A stretch of 64,000 nt of DNA from Malacoraja senta (Eukaryota): assembly GCA_038087875.1 (NCBI GenBank), contig JAXLNO010002938.1, positions 620,001 through 684,000 of the forward strand, given 5' to 3'. A program made the position numbers and the translations under genes. A model generated the notes under the pieces. The model saw only the letters and a list, made by a program, of their open reading frames with translations. It did not search any database and had not been told where the DNA came from. Each line of letters begins with the position of its first letter. Positions within the stretch are counted from its first letter, which is position 1. Below are positions 23,300 to 34,230 of this stretch, in pieces.

Positions 23300-23976
23300 T
23301 TGGAGTATTGTGTTCTGTTTTGTTCACCCTGCTGTAGGAACAATGTTATTAAGCTGGAATGAGTGCATTGAAGATTTACGAGGATGTTGCCAGGACTCGA
23401 GTGCCTAGTTTAATTTAGTTAGTTATTGTGACATGTACCCAGGTACAGTGAAAAGCTTTTGTTGCGTGCTATCCAGTCAGCAGAAAGACAATACATGATT
23501 ACAATCGAGCCATTTACAGTGTAATACGTGATGAGGGAACATTGAGATGGAATCATGTATCGTATAGTAACGTGCAAGGTAAAGCCAGCAAAGTCCAATC
23601 AAGGATAGTCCTTGGGTCAACAAGGAGGTAGATAGTAGTTCAGCACTGCTCTCTGGTTGTGGAAGGATGATTCAGTTGCCTGAACTACAGGGAGAGGTTG
23701 GGCAGGCTAGGATTTTGGTCCTTGGAGTGCAGGAGGCTGAGGGGTGATCTAATGGAGGTGTATAACATTATGAGAGGGGAAATGCACAGTCATTTACTCA
23801 GGGTAGGGGAATCAAAAAGCAGAGAACACAGGTTTAAGGTGAGAGAGGGCAAGATTTTAATAGAAAGCTGAGTAGCAGCTTCTTTACACAGAGGGTATGG
23901 AACGAGCTGCCAGAGTATGTGTTTGAGACAGGTACTATAGCCGCACTAGAGACACTTGGACAGATACATGGATTAG

Positions 23977-24176
23977 NNNNNNNNNNNNNNNNNNNNNNNN
24001 NNNNNNNNNNNNNNNNNNNNNNNNNNNNNNNNNNNNNNNNNNNNNNNNNNNNNNNNNNNNNNNNNNNNNNNNNNNNNNNNNNNNNNNNNNNNNNNNNNNN
24101 NNNNNNNNNNNNNNNNNNNNNNNNNNNNNNNNNNNNNNNNNNNNNNNNNNNNNNNNNNNNNNNNNNNNNNNNNNNN
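23977..24176. other. Assembly gap (exactly 200 N, probably an unsized join)
   Basis: Lies between alpha2 of gene B and the start of copy A; the only place gene B alpha3/TM/cytoplasmic exons could be hidden. Confidence 0.95.
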
Positions 24177-24480
24177 AGGTAGAGAGAGGGGGGTAGAGAG
24201 AGGGGAAGAGAGAGGGAGAGATGGGGGAGAGAGAGAGGAGGGAGAGAGATGGGGAGAGAGGGGGGATGGAGGGGAGGAGAGTGGGGTGAGGGAGAGGGGG
24301 GGATGCGAGAGAGAGGAGGGGAGAGAGGGGAGGAGAGGAGGGAGGGGGGGGGAGATGGTAGTGGTTGGAGGTTGGGGACGGAAGGGGGGGGCAGAGGGGC
24401 GAGAGAGGGGGAGGGAGGAGGAGAGGTAGGATGGAGGGGGGAGGAAGATGGAGGCGGAGAGAGGGGGAGGGGGCATCATC
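24177..24480. repeat. GA-rich low-complexity tract (class I intron 3)
   Basis: Purine-rich on plus, directly after the alpha2 donor on the minus strand. Confidence 0.9.
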
Positions 24481-24494
24481 ACTGATCCACTCAC

Positions 24495-24767
24495 CGGGGG
24501 TGAGTTGACACTGTCCGGCCTGGACATGTTTCCGCAGCCATTCGATGCACTCATCCTCCAGGTAGGCTTTGGCCCGATGGACCAGGCCCATGTTCCGGTC
24601 CCACTTGTGTTTGGTGAACAACCCCCAGGTGACGGGCGTCACCCACACCATGTGCTCCTTGTCGAAGCTGATGAAGTCCTCTCCGTCCCAGCCGAACTGC
24701 ATGAACCCGGCGGTGGAGCCGTCCGAGCGCAGCTCACAGCCGTACATCCGCTGGAGAGTGTGGATCC
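24495..24767 (-). CDS. MHC class I heavy chain exon 3 (alpha2 domain), gene B; cartilaginous-fish UAA-like
   Basis: TTGCAG| acceptor, 273 bp, G|GTGAGT donor, phase 1-1. Encodes GIHTLQRMYGCELRSDGSTAGFMQFGWDGEDFISFDKEHMVWVTPVTWGLFTKHKWDRNMGLVHRAKAYLEDECIEWLRKHVQAGQCQLTP, with C101/C164, T143, K146, W147 and Y159 equivalents. The UAA resemblance is from recall, not a search. Confidence 0.97.
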
Positions 24768-24869
24768 CTGCAACACACGGCCCTTAGTGGAGGCGCTGAT
24801 GCACCCCCACCCCCCCCCCCCACACACACACACACACACACACAAAACGTGGTACATCCCCGCTCTCAC

Positions 24870-25130
24870 CTCCGCTCTGGTTGGTTCGCTGCTGCAGGGT
24901 CTGGATGTTGCCCTTGAACTGCTGCTCGTTGTTCCGCTCGATCTCTGTCTGCCGCTCCCAGTAGTCAGCGCCCTGACTCTCCGCCATCCACCGCTGCCGC
25001 GGCTCAGCCCTCTGAGTCACGCTGTCGTAGTGAACAATCTGCTCCTCGTCCACGAATCCGACCGCCGTGAACTCAGGGACCCCCGAGCCCGCGGTCACCC
25101 CCGTGTAGAAATAACGCAGCGAGTGGGAGC
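24870..25130 (-). CDS. MHC class I heavy chain exon 2 (alpha1 domain), gene B
   Basis: TTCCAG| acceptor, 261 bp, G|GTGAGA donor. Encodes GSHSLRYFYTGVTAGSGVPEFTAVGFVDEEQIVHYDSVTQRAEPRQRWMAESQGADYWERQTEIERNNEQQFKGNIQTLQQRTNQSG, with Y7, Y59, R84 and the N86 NQS glycosylation site. A 102-bp intron separates it from alpha2. Confidence 0.97.
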
Positions 25131-25160
25131 CTGGAACCGGGAGCGGATTCAGAGACAGCG

Positions 25161-25612
25161 NNNNNNNNNNNNNNNNNNNNNNNNNNNNNNNNNNNNNNNN
25201 NNNNNNNNNNNNNNNNNNNNNNNNNNNNNNNNNNNNNNNNNNNNNNNNNNNNNNNNNNNNNNNNNNNNNNNNNNNNNNNNNNNNNNNNNNNNNNNNNNNN
25301 NNNNNNNNNNNNNNNNNNNNNNNNNNNNNNNNNNNNNNNNNNNNNNNNNNNNNNNNNNNNNNNNNNNNNNNNNNNNNNNNNNNNNNNNNNNNNNNNNNNN
25401 NNNNNNNNNNNNNNNNNNNNNNNNNNNNNNNNNNNNNNNNNNNNNNNNNNNNNNNNNNNNNNNNNNNNNNNNNNNNNNNNNNNNNNNNNNNNNNNNNNNN
25501 NNNNNNNNNNNNNNNNNNNNNNNNNNNNNNNNNNNNNNNNNNNNNNNNNNNNNNNNNNNNNNNNNNNNNNNNNNNNNNNNNNNNNNNNNNNNNNNNNNNN
25601 NNNNNNNNNNNN
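25161..25612. other. Assembly gap (452 N) in class I intron 1
   Basis: N run. Confidence 1.
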
Positions 25613-28071
25613 CACACTCACAGCCACACCCACACACCCACGCACACACACAGGCTTCCACACACACACCCCACACGCACAAACCACACGCACACACCCC
25701 ACACACACACATACATACCCCACACACACACATACATACCCCACCCACACACACCCAACCCACATCCTCCCCACCAAACCCTGTTATGTCTGTGGGTGAT
25801 TGTAAGACAAGTGATCAAGTCCCCCATGGCAGCTGATCCAGATGATTAAGGTGCAAGAGATCCACGGTGATTTAATTGAGTTTGTTTTGGAGATACAGCA
25901 TGGAAACAGGCCCTTCAGCCCACCGAGTTCATGCTGACCATCGATCACCCATTCACACTTGTTCCATGTTATCCCAATTTCAAATCCACTTCCCACACAC
26001 CTTGATATTTTACAAAGGCCAATTGACCTGCAAAATGTCCCACACTAAAGGGCATAGTTATAAGCCGAGATGTACAGGGGAAGGTTTATTTACACAGATG
26101 CAACAGTAGTCCATTCGGCCCTTCATGCCAGCAACGCCATTCAATATGATCATGGCTTATCATCTAAAATCAATACCCCGTTCCTGCTTTTTCCCCATAT
26201 CCCTTGATTCCTTCATCCCTAAAAGCTAAATCTAACTCTCTCTTGAATACATCCAGTGAATTGACCTCGACTGCCTTCTGTGGCAGAGAATTCCACAGAT
26301 TCACAACTCTCTTGGTGAAAACGTTTTTCCTCATCTCAGTCCTAAATGGGCTACACCTTATTCTTAAACTGTGGCTTGCCAAAATGCTGGAGAAACTCAG
26401 CGGGTGCAGCAGCATCTATGGAGCGAAGGAAATAGGCACCGTTTCGGGCCAAAACCCTTCTTCAGACTGATGTGAGGTTGGGGGGGGGGGGGGGGAGAGA
26501 AGCAAGGAAGAGGTGGCGCCAGGGGGCTGAGGCAGAGCTGAGAAGGGGAGGAGACAGTAAGGACTACCTGAAATTAGAGAAGTCAATGTTCATACCGCTT
26601 GGGTGCAAACTGTCCAAGCGAAATATGAGGTGCTGCTCCTCCAATTTACTCCTCCTCCCTCCGAAAAAGTTCATTCTTAAAATGTGGCCCCTGGTTCTGG
26701 ACTCCCCAACAGCGGGAACATTTTTCCTGAATCTATCCGGTCCAATCCTTTAAGAATTGTATATATTTCTATGATATCCTCTCATCCTTCTAAATTCCAG
26801 TGAATGTAGGCCCAGTCGACCAATTCTCTCATCATATGTCAGTCCCGCCATCCCAGGAATTAACCTGGTGAACCTACACTGCACTCCCTCAATAGCAAGA
26901 ATGTCCTTCCACAAATTAAGGGACCAAAGTTGCACACAATACTCCAGGTGTGGTTTCACCGGGGCCCTGTACAACTGCAGTAGGGCCTCCTTGATCCAAA
27001 ACTCAAATCCTCTTGCAATGAATGCCAAATTCTTCACTTATTGCTGTACCTGCATGCTTACATTCTGTGAATGATGTACAAGGACACCCAGGTCTCGTTG
27101 CACCTCCTCTTTTCCTAATCTGACAACAATCAGACAATAATCTGATTTCCAGTTCTTGCCACCAAAGTAGATGACCTCACATTTATCCACATTATACTGC
27201 ATCTGCCAAGCATCTGCCCACTCACCCAACCTATCCAAGTCATCCTGCAGCCTTATAGCATCCTCCTCACAGCTCACACTGCCACCCAGCTTTGTGTCAT
27301 CCGCAAACTTGGAGATGTTACATTTAATTCCCTCATCTAAATCGTTAAGTAATATTGTAAATAACAATATTTTGTCCTTGTTCCAAACGTACTCTGGCAC
27401 CTCCAACAACTCTTTCTTCACTACATCAACGACTGCATCGGGCTACCTCCTGCACCCGTGCAGAACTCATTGATTTAATTATCTTCATCACTAACCCACC
27501 CTGCCCTCACATTCACCTGGACTTTCTCTGATGCTGCTCTCCCCTCTCGTGATCTCTCTGTCTCCAACACTGGGGACAGACTATTGACTGATGTCTGGTA
27601 CAAACCTACCGACTCACACAGTTATCTCCACTACCCCTCCTCCCACCCTGACTTTTGCAAATACACTATTCCCTGCTTCCAAAGTCTCTGCCTCTGCCTC
27701 ATCTGCTCCCAAGATGAGACTTTCCATTCTAGGACATCCGAGATGTAAACGTGTTTGCCCCCGGCTGCCATAGGTGGATCCCTCATCCACATCTCCTCTG
27801 TGTCCTGTAGTTCTGCTCTCTGCATTCCACACAGACCACTCCCTCTGCAACTCCTTGCTTCACTCACCCACTCCCACCCAAACCACCCACTCCCCAGGTA
27901 CTTCCCCCTGCAACCGCCCTGTTGGGCCATCACTTGTCTTTGCAGCTCTTCTTAAATAAAGACACAACGATCACCACCTCCAGTCTCTGGTGGCTCACTC
28001 GTATCTAAAGATAATGCAAATAATTCTTCCAGATCCCCTGCAATTCCTGCCCTAGCTTCCCACAATTTCGT

Positions 28072-28358
28072 TTATTGTTTTAGAGATACGCGCGGAAATA
28101 TGCCGTTCAGCCCACCGAGTCCGCACCGACCAGCGATCCCCGCTCACTCACACGATCCTACACACTAGGGACAATTATATTTACACCAAGCCAATTAACC
28201 TACAAACCTATTCTACTATAGAGTGTGAGAGGAAACAGAAGATCTTGGAGAAAACTCACACGGTCTTAGGGAGAACGTATGAACTCCGTACAGACAGCAC
28301 CCGTAGTCAGGATCGAACCCGGGTCTCTGTTTGGCAGTAGCTCTACCGCTGCGCCACC
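28072..28358 (-). mobile_element. tRNA-derived SINE (HE1/V-SINE-like)
   Basis: Minus strand: A-box GTGGCGCAGCGG, B-box GGGTTCGATCC, then a CTCCCTAAGACC-type body and short tail. Truncated relatives at ~4105-4255 and ~25878-26030. Present only in copy B. Confidence 0.8.
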
Positions 28359-29159
28359 CAGTGTACAAGGATATATGTGAAACGGCCTTTAGGTATTTAT
28401 CTACCTTAATATGCCATAAAAAAATTTAAAAAAATAGAACGCAAAGTGCTTGAGTAACTCAGCAGATCAGGCAGCATCACCGGTGAATACGGATCGGTGA
28501 CGTTTTGGGTTGAGATCATTCTTCAGACTCTCCAGAAATGCTGCCTGACCTGCCAAGTTACTCCAGCACTTTATGTCCTCTTGTGTAATAACCAACCAGC
28601 ATCTACATTTCTTTCTGAAGAAGGGTTTCGGCCCGAAACGTTGCCTGTTTCCTTCGCTCCATAGATGCTGCTGCACCCGCTGAGTTTCTCCAGCATTTTT
28701 GTGTACCTTCTACATTTCTTTGTTTCTACTACTTAATATGCCATAAGACCAGCAGCACGGCCTCTTTTATAATGTGGATTCATTCCAAGCCATGGCTGTT
28801 CATTTCCTGTAATTCTTGGCTTCTATGACCTTCTGTACCGTAAATACAGTTGCAACCTCACCAATCTCCTGTGGATTCACACATAGACCAACATATTCGT
28901 CCTGCATAGATTCTAATCTCTCCATAATTACAATGTTGCTCTTTACGTAATTGTAGAAACTCTCAGGATACTCCTTTAATTTATCTGCCCAATCGATCAT
29001 CTCCCTTATTTACCCTCCTGATCTCCCTGGTTCAATGTACCAGGGTTATTATGCTGTGCCCAGCCCGACACTGACCCTCACCCACTGATTGGTGAACCCT
29101 GTGCCCATCTGCCCACTGACCCCCCTCATCCCCTGACCGGAACAAGGGGCCCAGCCCGA

Positions 29160-29990
29160 CAGTGACCCTCACCCACACACTGACCCTCACCCACTGATAC
29201 TGACCCTCACCCACACACTGACCCTCACCCACTGACACTGACCCTCACCCACACTGACCCTCACCCACACACTGACCCTCACCCACACACTGACCCTCAC
29301 CCACTGCACTGACCCACTGACACTGACCCTCACCCAATGACACTGACCCTCACCCACACACTGACCCTCACCCACACACTGACCCTCACCCACTGACACT
29401 GACCCTCACCCACACACTGACCCTCACCCACACACTGACCCTCACCCACACACTGACCCTCACCCACACACTGACCGTCACCCACTGACACTGACCCCCC
29501 CACCCACAGACATTGACCCTCACACACTGAGACTGATCCTGACCCACTGACACTGACCCTCACACATTGACACTGACCCTCACCCTCTGACCGTCACCCT
29601 CACCCACACACTGACCCTCACCCACACACTGACCCCACCCACTGACACTCACCCACACACTGACCCTCACCCACACACTGACCCCCACCCACTGACACTC
29701 ACCCACACACTGACACCCACCCACTCACTGACCCCCACCCACTGACCCTCACCCACACACTGACCCTCACCCACACACCGACCCTCACCCACACACTGAC
29801 CCTCACCCAATGACACTGACCCTCACACACTGATCCTCACCCACACACTGACCCTCGCACACTGACACTGACCCTCACCCACACACTGACCCTCACCCAC
29901 ACACTGACCCTCACCCACACACTGACCCTCACCCACTGACACTGACCCTCACACACACTGACCCTCCCCCACACACTGACCCTCGCCCAC
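29160..29990. repeat. 18-bp minisatellite (ACTGACCCTCACCCACAC)n in class I intron 1, copy B
   Basis: About 830 bp of tandem units with variants; much longer than in copy A. Confidence 0.95.
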
Positions 29991-30033
29991 TGTCGGGGAC
30001 TGTGTTGCCAGTCCATCACTGCCCCTCACCCAC

Positions 30034-30097
30034 CTGCAGCCTGGGCTCCAGCCAGGAGGGCGGGCAGCAGCACCAACAGCAACGGCGGGCACCGCAT
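30034..30097 (-). CDS. MHC class I heavy chain exon 1 (signal peptide), gene B
   Basis: Encodes MRCPPLLLVLLPALLAGAQAA+G with a CAG|GTGGGT donor; joins alpha1 in frame (G+GC = Gly of GSHSLRY). Confidence 0.92.
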
Positions 30098-30311
30098 GGT
30101 CGCCCCCGACTGTGCAGGTTGTGGTGAGTTTGTCTCCTGGGCGCATGCGCGATTCACTCTGCTCCGCTCGCCGCCCGCCCGCTTCATCCCCGCACCCCGC
30201 GCTGATTGATCGGCGCCGTGACCACGGCCAATCACAGTCCTGCCCGCCCGTGAGTCACCGATCTCCGGGCAGAAGAGCCCCGAGAAGTTGGTGAAAAATA
30301 GCCCAGTCTGT

Positions 30312-30393
30312 CCAATCAGCAGCACAGCTGGCGCCGCGTCACCGGTTGCCGGGTAGAGTAGAGCGCAGCAGGTTGGCTCATGAAACCGAAAGT
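30312..30393 (-). promoter_or_regulatory. ISRE-S-X1/X2-Y promoter module, gene B
   Basis: ISRE GAAACCGAAAGT (30382-30393); S AACCT (30370-30374); 16 nt; X CCCGGCAACCGGTG (30340-30353); X2 TGACGCG (30335-30341); 20 nt; Y CTGATTGG (30312-30319). Confidence 0.88.
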
Positions 30394-30420
30394 GTGAAGC
30401 GGGAGAGAGTGGTGGGGTCC

Positions 30421-31045
30421 ACCGACACAGACCCAGGGACACAGACCCTGACACAGAACCTGACACACAGACCCTGACACAGACTCTGACACACAGACCC
30501 TGACACACAGACCCTGACACACAGACCCTGACACAGACCCTGACACACAGACCCTGACACACAGACCCTGACACACAGACCCTGACACACACCCTGACAT
30601 ACAGACCCTGACACACAGACCCTGACACACACCCTGACACACAGACCCTGACACACACCCTGACACACAGACCCTGACACACACCCTGACACACAGACCC
30701 TGACACATACCCTGACACACAGACCCTGACACACACCCTGACACACAGACCCTGACACACACCCTGACACACAGACCCTGACAATCAGACCCTGACACAG
30801 ACCGTGACCCCGACACACAGACCCTGACACAGACCGTGACCCCGACACACAGACCCTGACACACAGACCCCGACACACAGACCCTGACACAGACCGTGAC
30901 CCCGACACACAGACCGTGACACACAGACCGTGACACAGAACCTGACCCTGACACACAAACCCTGACACACACACCCTGACACAGACCGTGACACACACAC
31001 CCTGAGACACAGACCCTGACACACACACCCTGAGACACAGACCTA
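30421..31045. repeat. 12/14-bp satellite upstream of promoter B
   Basis: GACACACAGACCCT / GACACACACCCT units; uninterrupted orthologue of the 8905-10950 arrays. Confidence 0.95.
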
Positions 31046-31678
31046 AGCTGAGGAAACAAACTGCTGAAGCACATTGACTGGTCGGGTGGCATCTGTGGAG
31101 CGAGAGGGATGGTTCATGTTCCGGGTCGCGGCCCTGCCTCGGGGATTGAGGGGAGAAAGCCAGTACAACGAGGATAGACACAAAAAGCTGGAGTAACTCA
31201 GCGGGTCAGACAGCATCTGAAGAAGGGTCTCGACCCGAAACGTCACCTATTCCTTCTACCCAGAAATGCTGTCTGACCCGCTGAGTTACTGCAGCTTTTT
31301 GTATCTATCTTCAGTTTAAAGCAGCATCTGCAGTTCATTCCTACGCTGTATAACGCGGGGATGGGGTGAGGTCGGTGCCGGCAGGTGACAGGAGGAACCG
31401 GGTGAGGAAGGACCGTATTCCTGGCCCTGTGACACGGGGCTGTGACTTGTTCCCTGTGTCCGGATCTGTCCCCGGTCTGTATTCCCCACCCTGGGGCACG
31501 GAGCTGTGATGTTCTCAGCTTCCTCGGCCGTGGCCGTGAGGGTTCGGGCGGAGAGCCGGCCCGGGAGGTTCACGATGGAGTGAACTGATCCGTGTCAGTC
31601 CGTGCTGAGGGCGGAGCTTGTGGGAAGCGGCTGCCGGCGGCCAGGGAGAGGTTGGACTGTGGACTGTGGTGGGTGACA

Positions 31679-31688
31679 GGGGATTCCC
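31679..31688. promoter_or_regulatory. NF-kB-like site (enhancer A kB1-like) upstream of gene B
   Basis: GGGGATTCCC in unique DNA conserved between the copies; copy A reads GCGGATTCCC (12566-12575). Confidence 0.5.
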
Positions 31689-34157
31689 GGGATGTAACAG
31701 CATCGTGCTGACACCAGCACTCTGCACCATGGTTTTAAAAACCTCAGAGTCATAGAGTCATTCAGCGTGAAAACAGGCCTTTTGACCCAACTTGCCCACG
31801 CCGTCCAAGATGCCCCATCTACACTAATCTCACCTGCTGGAGTTTGGCCCATATACCTCTAACTCTGTCCTGTACATGTACCTGTCTAAATGTTTCTTAT
31901 GTCGTGATAGTACCTGCCCCAACTACCTCCTCCAGCAGCTCGTTCCAAACACCACTCTGTACAAAACCAGGCTCCTACACTCAGGATCCAGCCTATCCAG
32001 ACTCTCCCGATAGCTCAAACCCTCCTGACCACGTAGTATCTTAGTAGACATTGTTGCACCTTTACCGGTTTAATGACAGGGCAACAGGTACTGCACCGAG
32101 TTCAACAAATACGGCCTTGCCAAGCAGCTGTGGTTGAATGGCGGAGTAGACTTGATGGGCCGAATGGTCTAATTCCGCTCCTATCACTTATGTACATGGC
32201 TTCCCAACTCCTGTACTCAATACTTTGACTGATGAAGGCAAGCGTGTCACACGTCTCCTTCACCGCCCTGTCAACCTGTGTCGCCACCTTCATGGAACTA
32301 TGTCCCTTCCCCCCCAGGTCTCTCAGTCCCACAACATTCCCCACAGCTCCAGCACTTATGGCGTAAGTCCTGTCCCTCCACCTTGCAACACCTTGTGTTT
32401 ATTGTTATTAAACTCCACCTGCCATTTCTTGGCCCCATTGTCCGAGGTGATCAATATCCCATTGTAGATCACCTTCACTGTCCATCTGTGGAGAGAGAAA
32501 CACAGTCAACGTTTCAGGATTGAGGCCCATCGACAGAAATCACAGGAATGAAGCTGGGTGCCGTGAACCAAACCTCTCACAGGTATTCCAACTGTCCCCT
32601 CCTTCCCCACGCCTCTATCCATGTGCTCCCTTTCCCCATTACCACCTCTCCCCATCCTCTCCCCTCACGATCACTACCAATCCCCTCCAATCCCCTCCTC
32701 CCACTCCACACCCCTTCCTACCATCCTAATCTCTTCCTCCCCTTCTCTATACACTCCCTTTCCCTAGCCCCCCCTCACAAACCCCTCACAGACCCCTCCC
32801 CACACCTGCCCACCCTCCTAATCTTCCCTTCCCCCCATTCTCTATATCCTCCTCCCATTCCCCTCCTTCCATTCCATCTCCCATCCTCCCCTCCCCTACC
32901 CTCTCATCACCTCTTCCCCACCCATGCCCGGCACTTGCCCAGCTCTCTCCTTGCCTGTTCCAGCTCTCACCCCCACCGATCCTCATGTCAACCTCCCCCT
33001 CCCTCTCACCGTCATTGTCCCACCCCTCCACCACACCCCACGCCCCATTCCCTGGGCTGTGGGGAACAACATTAATACATCGTGAACATAGAATGCCCTC
33101 GGTGACGCAGCTTCCACAGTGCTCTGGAGGTGAGGATTACAAACATTCTCCACTCCCTCTCAGTGTGGACATTTCTCCCTTTGATGGGCGACTGGCCCCT
33201 GGCCACAGACCCCTCAGCCGGGGGGACACAGTCTGTCCATCCCCGTGGGCTTTGTCTAACAGTCAGTCACCTCCCTCTCATGCTCACAAACTCTGGAGAC
33301 TCCGCTCCCAGTCGACTCCGTCGCAGATCGTCGGCACATCCCCCATCCCTGGGACCGGCCCATCAATCTGTCATAGGTACATCCTGTCCCAGGTATGAAG
33401 ACTAAACCTGACAGCCCGTGACCTCTACACTTTAACCCCACAGCCCCGTGACCTGCGTCTTCAATGTGGTGTCACTGCTCGATAGGGTGGTGAAGAAGGT
33501 TCTTGGTGGATTGGCCTTCATCAGTCAGTGTATTGAGTTTGGAAACTTGGACATTACGTTGCAGTTGTGCAAGATGTTGGTGAGGCCACACTTGGAGTAT
33601 TGAGCTCTGTTTTGGTCACCCTGCTACAGGAACAATGTTATTAAGGTGGAATGATTGCATTGAAGATTTACGAGGATGTTGCCAGGACTCGAGTGCCTAG
33701 TTTAGTTTAGTTAAGTTTATTGTACATGATTACATGATACAATACATGATCAAATGCGGGCAAATGGTCTATTTCCATGCTGACTATGTAATGTGAAAAA
33801 ACAGCAGCCTATAAGAACTCTGCGGTTCGAGCAGCATCTGTGGATATGAAAGGCGTAGAAAAGGGTATGTGGCGGTTTCAGACTGAGACTCTGCATCAGG
33901 GTCTGTGAATGCAGGGTCTCCACCTGAAACAACAACATGCACTGTTTCCACCACGGATCCCCTTTCCAGATTCCAGCGCCTGCAGCGTCTTATGCCCTCA
34001 CCGACACCGAGCCTTGTCCAACGCCTCCACCCCCCTCCCCCGCCACCTCCAGCTCTGATCTGCAGCAGGGAGCCGGGGGTGGGTTGGCTCGTGGACATTA
34101 ATCTCCCCCGCTCTCCAGTTACGATGCCTCGCCACTGAAGCGTTTCCAGCTCTCTCT

Positions 34158-34230
34158 GTTTCAGTTTCCAGCTGCGGCTTCGCTTGGGACGGAGTGACTC
34201 AGATCCACTCCCTGCCACGGGGAGTTTCCC
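34158..34230. promoter_or_regulatory. Candidate inducible enhancer: ISRE + AP-1 + kB cluster
   Basis: GTTTCAGTTTC (34158-34168), TGACTCA (34195-34201) and GGGGAGTTTCCC (34219-34230) within 73 bp of non-repeat, CpG-containing DNA. Confidence 0.4.

Larger units (their letters stand above)
3769..23500. repeat. Segmental duplicate copy A of the class I intron-1/exon-1/upstream region (expanded by TE insertions)
   Basis: Colinear with 25613-33750: CA tract, SINE remnant, CR1 and Penelope remnants, 18-bp minisatellite, leader exon, promoter, 12/14-bp satellite, upstream unique DNA and CR1 remnant. Identity is roughly 90-95% by eye in the promoter. Confidence 0.92.
25613..33750. repeat. Segmental duplicate copy B (class I intron 1, leader, promoter, upstream)
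   Basis: Colinear with 3769-23500 once the copy-A insertions are removed. Confidence 0.92.

Noticed and set aside
28290-28358. tRNA gene
   Set aside because: The A and B boxes belong to a SINE head that continues into a SINE body and tail; no complete cloverleaf.
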